In this document: positions 52,262 through 63,300 of the stretch, piece by piece
How the letters are laid out: every line of letters starts with the position of its first letter
Numbering within the stretch: the first letter of the stretch is position 1
From: Chiloscyllium plagiosum
Lineage: Eukaryota
Assembly: GCF_004010195.1 (NCBI RefSeq)
Contig: NC_057752.1
Coordinates: forward strand, 6,628,811 to 6,692,810
Reading direction: 5' to 3'
Length of the DNA stretch: 64,000 nucleotides
The notes under the pieces: model-generated
Seen by the model: the letters and a program-made list of their open reading frames with translations, nothing else
Database searches by the model: none
Told to the model about the DNA's origin: nothing
Program-made: the position numbers and the translations under genes

Positions 52262-52865
52262 GGGCTAACAGCCCCTACAACCCACCCTCCCATCCAGGCA
52301 CCTTCCCCTGCCACCGCAGGAACTGTAAAACCTGTGCCCACACCACCTCCCTCACCTCTATCCAAGGCCCTAAAGGAGCCTTCCACATTCTTCAAAGTTT
52401 TACCTGCACATCCACTAATATCATTTATTGTATCCGTTGCTCCCGATGTGGTCTCCTCTACATTGGGGAGATTGGGCGCCTCCTAGCAGAGTGCTTTAGG
52501 GAACATCTCCGGGACACCTGCACCAATCAACCAAACCGCCCCGTGGCCCAACATTTCAACTCCTCCTCCCACTCTGCCGAGGACATGGAGGTCCTGGGCC
52601 TCCTTCACCGCCGCTCCCTCACCACCAGACGCCTGGAGGAAGAACGCCTCATCTTCCGCCTCGGAACACTTCAACCCCAGCTCCCCCACTCACCTATTGT
52701 ACTCTATGCTACTTTCTCCCACCCCCACCTTCCTCTAGCTTATCTCTCCACGCTTCAGGCTCTCTGCCTTTATTCCTGATGAAGGGCTTTTGCCCGAAAC
52801 GTCGATTTCGAAGCTCCTTGGATGCTGCCTGAACTGCTGTGCTCTTCCAGCACCACCAATCCAGC
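52262..52865 (+). mobile_element. PLE 3' fragment (GIY-YIG + pLTR)
   Basis: PCHRRNCKTC, IIYCIRCSRCGLLYIGE, AQHFNSSSHSAEDMEVLGLLHRRSLTTRRLEEERLIFRLGTLQP. Confidence 0.92.
52771..52808 (+). ncRNA. Minimal type I hammerhead ribozyme motif, intact core (identical to 36424-36461)
   Basis: tattcCTGATGAagggcttttgcccGAAAcGTCgattt. Confidence 0.75.
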
Positions 52866-52869
52866 TTCG

Positions 52870-53217
52870 ACATATTGTCTGGCTAACACAAATTGTTACA
52901 GTTAACCTGAGAATGTAACTTCTTTTTAAAAAAAAACTTTTGTGATTTACACATGAAAGAAGTGAAACTACCATGGTATTTGAACAGATGAAAGACTCAA
53001 CGAGCAATCAAGGTATTTTTCAATGTATAATTTCAGTTACATCATACTGTAAACTTTTGCTATAAATTCTGTGTCTTATAATTGTGTCCTCCACAACTAC
53101 CTGATGAAGGAGCAACGCTCTGAAAGCTGGTGCTTCCAATTAAACCTGTTGGACTATAACCCGGTGTTGTGATTTTTTAACTTTGTACACTCCAGTCCAA
53201 CACCGGCATCTCCAAAT
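52870..53217 (+). mobile_element. Solo pLTR of the 7420-11013 PLE subfamily (hammerhead at 53101 with the CUA triplet changed to CUG)
   Basis: Colinear with 10675-11013, ending gtccaacaccggcatctccaaat. Confidence 0.9.
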
Positions 53218-53701
53218 GATGAGCACAGAAACAGACGCCTCAGTCCAACTCGTGTGCGCTGACCAGACATCCCAATCTGACCTAATTCCATTTGCAAGCA
53301 TTTGACCCATAGCTGTCTAAGTAAACATTACTAGGTACAGCTTTAAAGACATCAGCCTTCAGTATTATAGTGAACATCAAGTCTTCCATTCCTAGATATG
53401 TCTGGCATAAGAAGAGTACTGCACACTTACACAGTACACTGAAGGTTATCAATCAAAAACCAACTTGGGCCATATACAAGCAATACCTTGGTAAGAGTAA
53501 AACTGCAGAGAATTGAGGTTCATAAGCTTTTTTGTCTCTGTAGCTTTGCATTTCGGGTGAAGGTGGATCATGTGACCTGTTTGCAGTCTGTCTGACAGCC
53601 TAAATGCTTTGATTGTCAGACATCAAAGGAAGGCTTACATTATTTGGGGATAAGGTGCAAACATTTATGCTTGGAGAGAATAGCAACAGCACCTGAGTTT
53701 G

Positions 53702-54033
53702 ATTTGATTAGATTAGATTAGATTAGATTAGATTAGATTACTTTACAGTGTGGAAACAGGCCCTTCGGCCCAACAAGTCCACACCGACCCGCCGAAGCGT
53801 AACCCACCCATACCCCTACATTTACCCCTTACCTAACACTACGGGCAATTTAGCACGGCCAATTCACCTAACCTGCACATCTTTTGGACTGTGGGAGGAA
53901 ACCGGAGCACCCGGAGGAAACCCACGCAGACACTGGGAGAACGTGCAAACTCCACACAGTCAGTCGCCTGAGGCAGGAATTGAACCCGGGTCTCTGGCGC
54001 TGTGAGGCAGCAGTGCTAACCACCGTGCCGCCC
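53702..54033 (-). mobile_element. HE1-type V-SINE with (TAATC)n tail and 11-bp TSD
   Basis: Near-identical to 36073-36383; ACCTGAGTTTG at 53691-53701 and 54034-54044. Confidence 0.95.
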
Positions 54034-54909
54034 ACCTGAGTTTGCAATGAGTAGATTCCAAGTCTCCCAAAGTCCCAGCAGGGTGCCATATGTATTGCCT
54101 TGTCAACAGTTGTGCTGTGAATCGTCACTGGAAATCATCAGAGGAAATTTTTGAAACTAGTTTACAAACATCCCTACATAATAATCATCATAGATGGATT
54201 GCAAAAGTTCTGTGTGATCAGCAGAGAAAAGACTCCTTGATCTTGTGTGCTAACACAGATGGGTTTGGGAGGGAGGCCATCTTTCATGACGAGATGCATT
54301 CTGCAGCCTTTTACAGTTTCTGGGAGATGAGCTCAGGTATGAGAATTATTGAAACAAACTTTATTGCTGGTAGTGAATTAAAGAAACATACAAGGCACTT
54401 TCCTGAGCATGATGATGGTCATGAGAATGAAAGGAGAATGTTCCTTTCTGTAATTTGAAATATAAGTAGCCTACGAAAAAAAATGAGTCTTTAGTTCAAT
54501 AGTGCTTTTGGTAATTTATTACAAGAAACCTTTTAAAGAGTGCGCTTCTGAAGTGTTCATCTTTCAGGAGTTAATTGGAAGTTTGAATCCGTTTTTAAAC
54601 ACTATCAGTCTCTACTGAAATTGTAATACTGTGTAATAATTCTAATTATCCCCTACATTGTGGTGGTTGGAACCACAACTGTAAACAATTCAACTTCTCC
54701 TTTTTCATATACTGCAAAACAATTATCTAGAGTTTAAGGGAGTGTGGCTAATCACGAGAGTGGTTTCCATGAATTGTATATGATAGTTTGATTATATCTT
54801 TTAGGTTTTTAAAAATGTAATGCTGTTCAAAATAATTCATTTATGTAGACTTTTTTTTGAGTCCAGTGTTTTTCGACTAATTGGTGTGGAATGCCAGACT
54901 GTAAAGTAG

Positions 54910-55090
54910 TTTAGATTAGATTAGATTACTTAACTGTGTCAAAACAGGCCCTTCGACCCAACAAGTCCACACCGACCCTCCTCAGAGCAACCCACCCAGA
55001 CCCATTCCCCTACATTTACCCCTTCACCTAACACTATGGGCAATTTCGCGTGGCCAATTTACCTAACCTGCACCTAACCTAACCTGCACA
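54910..55090 (-). mobile_element. 5'-truncated HE1-type SINE
   Basis: ttagattagattagattac..aaacaggcccttcgacccaacaagtccacacc. Confidence 0.85.
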
Positions 55091-57990
55091 TCACTATCCC
55101 CTCAGCACAGTGCACTTGCACAGCTTTCTTCAATCCATTCTTTACAATCTTTCCACTCTGACATTCTGTGCCTCAATCACCACATCAGTCTGTGACATAT
55201 CTCACATGATGGCATCTTGATCTTAATCTCTTTGCTTTATTGTTAAGTTTCTCTCGCCTTTATCAGCCTCCTTAAATTCTATCAACTTTCCAAACTATTT
55301 GAATACTGTCTGGTCTTTACTCACTTTTATGAAGCAATTGGAATGCTTGTATTAATGATCACTGAAATAAAGAGATTATAGCTACATGCGAGGAAAAACT
55401 AATGAGTTTGGGAAGAGGAGTGGTTTCAAAACAAAATCATGTTTTGCCAAATTATTGGAGTTCTTTGAATTAGTAACAGGCACTGTGGATTAAAGCAAGC
55501 CCGAGGATTGATTCTATTTGGATTTCCAGAAGGTATTTGATAAAATGGTGCCACATTGAAGGTCACATGGAACACAAAAGTGGTGGGGAGAAAAAAGGGA
55601 ATGATTCAACCTTTTGGTAAGAAGTGCTGTGTCAGTGCCTTGGTTGTGGCATTTGCAGATTGCTTCTGAAGTACATTACCCACTTCTCCCATGTAAGGGC
55701 CTGGTGATATTGTGTGATGCTTATGGCCCTAAGAAACAAATTGGAGGACATTTTTTAATAACTAGCACTTTTATTTCTAAATGTTTCTTTGCCCTTTTGA
55801 ATATTGCTGATTTATTTTTTAATAGCTAAAGCATTTCCAATTTATTGGAGAGCCATATCTTTTATACCAAAGTGCATGCTTTTGTTGTGCCTAGTAATTT
55901 CTAACTTGAAAAGCTGTATAGCAAGTGAGTCAGAGAGCAGCCATTGATTACGTCAAAATCTGTTATTGTAGTCCATTTCCTTCATTGCAAAGTCACTTGT
56001 TGCATTTGAAGCAAACTATACAGTGCATAGCAAGAAGGTCTAGATAGCTCCATTGTACCACACCGGCAAGGAGACAGTGCACATGATGTCGAGTCCTAGT
56101 ATCCACCCTGTAAGTACAGAATCTTTCGTTGACAGGTTTTAAATTCTTGGGGAAAAATGTTCTGCTCAGTATACTGTTTTCTGAAAGGTTGACATCACTG
56201 ACCTTCTAATCAGAGCTTCTACATATTCCATAATTTGATCAAAGTAATTTACTTTGGGTTATTTAGAGATACATCAAAGTTGGTTTTACATATTCTACCA
56301 AACAAAACATGATTTTCCCCCAGAATTTTAGTTGAGCAATTATTAATTTGAATTATAATTGTCAGGTAATTCCAATACTGTCAAGAGAATTGCTCTGTTG
56401 TTTCAACAGAATTATTGGTTACTATTCACTTCCTTACTGTCACCACGGTTTCCATTTTAAAAACTGATACCTGATGTGAATAAACAAGAGTATTTTTTTA
56501 AAAATACTTCATCACTAGTTGAGTTATTTCTCCAATTTTTCCATTGCCTCCAATGAATTAAATACTTTAATTTTAGGGCATAAAAACATCATGAGTGAAA
56601 AAGAAAGGTCTGGAAACTTGTGCTCTCTGGGCTATGTGCTAAACTTATCGACTGAGGTACTTCATGCTCAATTTATATATCTGGGATCTGCATCTGATTT
56701 CAAATTTTATATCAAATTTAAATTTCACAGTGTTAAATAGCCAAACCTTGACTGATTTTTGTTTTGATAAATAGTTTACATTTGTTTGTAATTCTTAATT
56801 TGTTCTTGTATCCACGCAAAACTAAATCTAACCCATGCAGGGTCTGCTTGATGGGTGCTATAAATTTTATATTTTAATCCTTGATCACTTGATGATTGTA
56901 TAGCTTTGAGCATCAATGCATTTTGGGCATTTGTTATGACAGTTGCTTAAAATAACAATATCATTATGCCTTTCTGCCAGTGTTGTACTGACATTGATGT
57001 CCAATCCATAGATGCTTGTAACCCTGTGTTACTTGTTATATAATCCTTAATTTTCTATAATAGATGTTGTTTAGTTGATAGGACCCTCACCTCTTGAGTC
57101 AGAAGGTAGTTGGTTCATGTTTTGCTCTAGAGACTCCTTCCTGACATAATGGTGGGTGTACCTACACAACAGAGACTGCAGCATTTTATTTTAAAATGGC
57201 AAAATGAGATTCAAAGTAGTTGCATCTGAAGTGAGGAAGTAATTGATTTTGTTTGAGGACAGCTAGCTTTTAAATGTACTAAAGCTGCAGAATATTTTCA
57301 TTTTAGATGACCACATTTTAACTGTGTGTCTGTAGTTTTATTTTTAATTCATTCATGGGTTGTGTGTGTCACTGGCTGGTCTAGCATTTTGTTACCCATC
57401 CCTAGTTACCCTTGAGAATATGATGGTGAGTTAAAGTACAATGTTCCTGGTATTTGCATAAAATGTTTGTGTTGTAGAGGCTTTGAATAGCTGTACACCC
57501 TTACTTATACAAGGTATGTACAAATAATTACATTCGCTAGAGGAATGCTTGTTCCTTTTTGTCGGCTGGGTGTTTTTTTCCAATTCCTTTCTTGTATTTG
57601 GAGTTTCCATCAGCATGAGCTTAACGAATCAACGCATGTGTCTCTTTAAGGTATATGGATTAGCATAGCCATTGCTCAACAATTAGAGAATACTTGGGAT
57701 GTCCTTAAATTCTCATGTTGACTCAAAGTGAAAAAGTATGCTGCTGGATTTGTGGATCAAAATTATTTGCCCAAATTTATTTGTGAATCAAATTGCAACA
57801 TGGCAATAAACTACAATAGCCAAGGGTTCGGCAATATCACTCTTCCTGTAACTCGTTATGGGGTGAGGTTGCCAGATTCTGCAGTTAATGTAAGTGATCT
57901 CTCATACATGAAAGTTTGAGACCCCATTGATGTAGGGAATAGATGTATAACATTTGTTCTTTTTTATACTTCTAGCACAGCACTTTGAAA

Positions 57991-58030
57991 ATGGATATAG
58001 AAGACTGCAATGGTCGTGGTTACATTTCAG
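57991..58030 (+). CDS. IKZF4: First coding exon of an Ikaros-family zinc-finger gene, most likely IKZF4/Eos (exon 57976-58030; CDS part MDIEDCNGRGYIS + G, phase 1)
   Basis: Seen: strong acceptor tttgttcttttttatacttctAG at 57975, 15 nt UTR, ATG at 57991 in good Kozak context (aaaATGG), 40 coding nt, donor CAG|gtaagg. Recalled knowledge: vertebrate Eos isoforms begin MDIEDCNGRSYVSG, and the Ikaros first coding exon also has 40 coding nt ending in phase 1. No downstream exon recognised in the window. Not database-checked. Confidence 0.8.
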
Positions 58031-58049
58031 GTAAGGGAAGAGTGTACTT

Positions 58050-58450
58050 TTAGCATGGAATAATAGAATGGTTGCAACACAGAACGAAGCCATTCAATCC
58101 ATTTTGTTTGTGCTAGCTCTCAATTCCTTTTTGAACATCCTGCCAAATGGGACAGTCCAGATCCTGTCCGCTTGCTGTGTAATTTAAAAAACAATGCTGT
58201 TCCACGCGTTGTTACTACATTTTTTTTCAGCCACCTTAAATTGGAGTCCTCTGGTTCTTGATCCTCTAGCCAATAGGAACAGTTTCTCCCTATCTGCTCT
58301 TTCCAGATCCCTCATGGTTTTGAATGCCTCTGTCAAATTTATATTTTAGTTTTCTCAAAAACAGCCCCAAGCTTTCCCATTCAGTCAGAACTAAAGTTCT
58401 GCTCCCTGAAACCATTCTCCTGAATGTTTTCTGCACCCCTCTCCAATGCT
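58050..58450 (-). mobile_element. Decayed CR1 3' fragment
   Basis: gtcctctggttcttgatcc..tttctccctatctgctctttccag..ttttctgcacccctctccaatgc is the antisense of a CR1 ORF2 3' end. Confidence 0.65.
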
Positions 58451-60212
58451 AGTGTTTTTTGACAATGCTTAGCGTAATAGTTTCATGTATTTGTGCCGAT
58501 CCTTAGATAAGGCAACATCTTGCTCAGCTCCACGTTCCACCCTCAAGCTCGCATTCACTGTCAAGACTTTTGTATGAACAAGGCCATTTGGTGAAAGATT
58601 GCATCCTGTGAAATTGTATTCAGATTGAAGAATCATCTTTGTTATCAGGATTAAGAGGGCAATAAATTTTTTTTCTAGCATTTTGAAATTAAGAATTATC
58701 ATGTGTTCATGACCATTCTTTCCTTGAGACAAGATTTCATTATCACAATTTTAAAGCATCATTTAAAAACAAGTCAGCAAAGGAACCTTCGAGTTGTTTT
58801 CTTATAAACAGTTTGCCTCTTAGTGTATTACAAAGAAGTTCTCAGCTTTCATGAAAAATGTTAAATTTTCTCATTCCCCAACAGTTCTATTCTATAGACC
58901 AGAAAGGCTTCAAGTTGTGTGATCCTTTATACTGAGATAACTGATCTCTCGTGCTACACTCTAATTGTGCCACTGGGCGAAAGAGGAGGAAGTTGTACAA
59001 GGCTTTTGCTCTTAATTTGCACACAGGGTCCCTACCGTAGGAGGATGCAGGTGGATATTGGGATACGGCCAGTTGTGATGTCGTTCGCACCTAAATAACT
59101 TGCTAACACCTCATATCGAGTGTATGAATAATGAATGCATGGACAAAACTATTGACAGTGTGCGTCACTTCAGAAGAGCTGTATTCTGCTTGGTGTTGAT
59201 GTCTTTGGGAATTGGAAGGAAGTGACAGTAATGGGGGGGGGGGGGGAAGGAAGGGATGTAAAATTTCACAGAGACTGCCCACTGATTTTGACTATGTTCT
59301 CAAATTCTAAAGAAGGGTCACTGACCCAAATCTTTCTCTACACAGATACTGCCAGACTTGCTGAGATTTTCCAGCAATTTCTGATTTTGTTTCCAAATCT
59401 CTGCTGGTGATCCTCTATTGTAGTGGTGAGGAAAGCCAAGGAAATCATTGCATGTTGATTATCTCCCAAGCTGACTTTTTTTCTTATGAAACAAACCTAT
59501 GCCTAAGTACTGCTTGATGCATTATTTGGGCTGTGATATTGACAATTTGACTCGCATGCACACATTAATGTAGGGCTTTCCAAATTGTAGGTAATGAACC
59601 CTGAGGCAGCAGTGGTTGCTGTGGAGCTGAGCTGAGTGCAACAGTTTTTGTATTTTTAAAATTGTAGGCACGACCGAATTGACCTTGTTTTGTTAGAGCC
59701 CTGTTCAAGAGAACTCGAACAGGTAGGCATTCCTTTTTTTTAAACACCCACCCTATTCTCTCCTTGTCTCATTCCCTATCCATTAAAAGGAAGCTTTCGA
59801 AAATATTTCCTTCCCTTCAAATGTCTGTCTTTCATTTTGTAACTTAAACAATAGACACTCCATTACATATTCAGTTGCACAAACGCCAAACTATAAATAC
59901 TTTACATTTAAGTACCAGACATTTCCCATCACAATCTCTTATTGATGTTCTGGGGAAATGGTATCATGTTGAAAACAGTATCACATTGAGATCAACAGCA
60001 GATTGTGCTTTGCCCTTGCACTTTCATTTTCAACAGCAGAATCTTATTATTTCTGAAATTTAAATTAGAAGCTAAGTAGTTATTGTTTGGCACAACAATT
60101 TTCTTTTTCTCATTTGTCAGTGTTAGCCAACTAATTCTAGCCTCACCCATGACACAGGCAGTCTTACTTTGAGAAAATGTTTTTTTTTAAATGTGAAACA
60201 CAAGCTTGGTAT

Positions 60213-60470
60213 TTGGGTGGATGCAAAAGATCCCGTGACACTATTTCATAGAGGAACAAGGGAGTTCTCCCTGGTATCCTGACCAATATTTATCTCTCGA
60301 TCAGCATCCCAAAAAGATAATTGTCTGGTCATTACCACATTGCTGTTTCTTGGAGCTTGCTAACATTTTCTACATTAAGACAGTGACTACACTTCAGAAG
60401 TCTTAATGGCTGTAAAACACGTTTTTGAGTAGTCTGGTCAAGAGAAATGCTATGTAAACACACATTCTTT
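60213..60470 (+). mobile_element. Deu-domain SINE (SacSINE1/AmnSINE1-like)
   Basis: ggtggatgcaaaagatcccgtgacactatttc..gggagttctccctggtatcctgaccaatatttatc..tctggtcattaccacattgctgttt..acagtgactacacttcag matches the recalled DeuSINE central domain and tail. Confidence 0.75.
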
Positions 60471-61369
60471 TTCAAAGCAAATAACTTTCATGTACAGTAA
60501 CACATCTCTTTCTTTCCCAATTTCTTATCATTGTGAGAGCCAATAATTAAATGGCTCCTTGGAAATTTCTGATGTCTCCTTTTACTCGTTCAAGTGTTTA
60601 AAATGGACTTCCTTCTTTCAGAGTCAAATAGCTGACTTTTTTATATGTATATTCTAGGGAAATAATTAGTTTCCCTTATTTCGAATATCTAACTATAATG
60701 TTTAAAAATATAATCTGTTGCATAATGTTACAAAATTCAGTTTGTAAGTTTGAATAATTCCCTTCTCCAGTCTTTAACTGATTAAAACTTGCAATATCCT
60801 ATCAGGATAGGCTTGGTACAGGAATATTTACTGAAACTTTTTTTTCAATTGCTTATGTATTGTGACTGGATTTAAAGAACAGCCAGCAAGTTAAAACTAG
60901 ATAAATAAACTTTACAGAAACTTTCATCCCATTGAATCAGCTCCATATTTGTCATTGGGATTGCTCGCTGATGTGGTTGGCAATGCTGAGTGTTCTCTCA
61001 CAAGTCCACCATGAGTTTCTTGAAGATTTGAGCTGAAGCTGTATCTTCTTTTCAGGAACAGCAGCAATCTGCAAGAAATTTGCAATCAAGTTAGTATTAG
61101 CAGTGGTACTTTCTTAAATATTGGATTTCGAGTTATTCTTTCATCAGAAACTTTAACAGAATCAAAAAATCTACTCTGAGAACATTAACTGCAAATAAGT
61201 AGAAACAGGCTTAATAAAATTTAATTTTATATTCTTAAGAATGTGGTCTTGAGAGTTATTTATAACCATAGATATGATAGTCAAATTGGGAACAGCTTGC
61301 TTGTGAACTGAAAAAGCAGGTTTACAACATTTTTTCTGCAATATTATAACTTGAGTGTTAAAATTATGC

Positions 61370-63300
61370 AGTGCAATTATGCTTTCTCCCTGTATCCCTT
61401 GAATCCTCTTGATACTCAAGAACCTTCTCTATCTCAGTCTTAAATACCCTGGCCTCCACAGCCCTCTGTGGCAATGAATTCCATAGATTCACCAGACTCT
61501 GGCTGAAAAGGTTTCTCCTTATCTGTAGTCTAAAAGGTCTTCCTTCTACTCGAAGGATGTGCCCTCGGGTCCTAGTCCCACCTACTAATGGAAACATCTT
61601 CTCAACATCTACTCTGTCCAGGCAGGTCAATATTCTGTATGTTTCAGTTAGGTTCCCCACTTCCTTCTAAACTCCATCGAGTATAGATCCACAGTCCTTC
61701 TGTTAAGCTTTTCATTCCTGGGACCATTCTCGTGATCCCCTTTGAACATGCTGCAGGGCCAATACAGATATGGGGCCCAATACAGCGCACAATATTCCAA
61801 ATGTGTTCTGACCAGAGCATTATAGAGCCTCGGGAGTACATCCCTGCTTTTATATTCATGTCCTCTCAAAATAAATGCCATCATTGCATTTGCCTTCCTA
61901 ACTACTGACTCAACCTGCAAGTTTACCTTGAGAGAATCCTGGACTAGAACTCCCAAGTCGCTTTGCACTTCAGACTTGTGAATTTTCTCCCCATTTGGAA
62001 AATAGTCCATGCCTCTATTCTTCATACCAAAGTGCATGACAGACAACCAAACTTCTATCCAGGTTTGCACCTTGCCTCTGACATCATGGGCCCTTACCTT
62101 ACTTAGTAGCCCCCTGTGCAGCACCTTGTCAAAGGCCTTCTTGAAGTCCAGATAGATAACATCCATTGATTCTCCTTGGTCTAACTTGCTCGTCACTTCC
62201 TCAAAGAGTTCTAGCAGATTTGTCAGACATGACCTCTCCTTGATGAAATCATGCTGACTTTGCCCTATTTTACCATGCATTTCCAAGTAATCAGAAATCT
62301 TATCCTTCACAATGGATTCTAGGATCTTGCCCACAACTGAGGTTGGATAATTAGTTTGTAATTTTCTGTTTCCTGCCTTGCTCCCTTTTTAAATAGGGAT
62401 GTCATGTTATCGATTTTCCAGTCCTCTGGGACCCTCCCTGATTCTAGCGATTCCTGAAAGATCACCACTGATGCCTCCACTATCTCTTCAGCTATCTCCC
62501 ATAGAACTGTGGGGTGTAGTCTATCTGGTTCAGGTGATTTATCCACCTTCAGGCCATTCAGTTTTTCTAGCACCTTCTCCTTGGTGATGGCTACTATACT
62601 CACCTTTGCCCCCTCACACTCTCTTGAATTTTTGGGATATTACTCGTGTCTTCCACTGTGAAAACTAATGTGAAGTAATTGTTCACTTCCTCAGCCATTT
62701 TTCTTGTTCCCCACTACTGTCTCTCCACTGTCATTTTCTTTCCAGCGGCCCAGTGTCCACTTTGCCTGTCTTTTGTCCTTTATGTATCTAACGAAATTCA
62801 TGCAGTCTTCTTTTATATTACTGGCTAGCTTACCCTCCTCTTTAATCTTCTCCCTTCTTATTTCTTTTTTAGTTGTTGACCTCTGTTGGTCTTTGTAAGC
62901 TTCCCAATGCTCTGGTTCTACACTGCCCTTCACCACATTATATGCTTTCTCTTTTGCTTTTATGCTATCCCTGACTTTCCTAGTCAGCCATGATTGCCTA
63001 ATCCTCCTGTAAATTGCTTCTTTTTCCTCGGGAAGAATCTCTGCTGTGTCTCCTGAATTACTCCCAGAAACTCCTGCCTTTGCTGTTTCACTGTCTTTCC
63101 TGCTAGGCTCCTCTCCCAGTCAATTCTACCTAGCTCCTCCCTTATGCCTCTGTAGTGGCCTTTATTCAGCTGCAATACCGTTACCTCCGATTCTATCGTT
63201 TCCCTCCCAAATTACAGAGTAAATTTGCTCATGTTATGTTCATTGCCTCCTCAGGGTTCCTTCACCTTAAGCTCCCTTATCATGTCTGTCTCATTACAGA
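61370..63300 (-). mobile_element. CR1 ORF2 fragment with internal deletion
   Basis: Minus ORFs QSQHDFIKERSCLTNLLELFEEVT..VIYLDFKKAFDKV, LKVDKSPEPD, LVRTHLEYC. Confidence 0.92.

Noticed and set aside
54090..54458. 122-aa + ORF containing LILCANTDG
   Set aside because: Only one faint Tigger-like motif; no splice or domain support.
56031..56115. Strong donor (cct|gtaagt at 56110) as a coding exon
   Set aside because: All three frames hit stops and the acceptor is weak; at most a non-coding exon, unsupported.
60925..61070. Minus-strand exon-like segment (LLLFLKRRYSFSSNLQ.. or IAAVPEKKIQ..)
   Set aside because: No homology recognised; antisense to the IKZF4 exon; cannot be linked to a gene.
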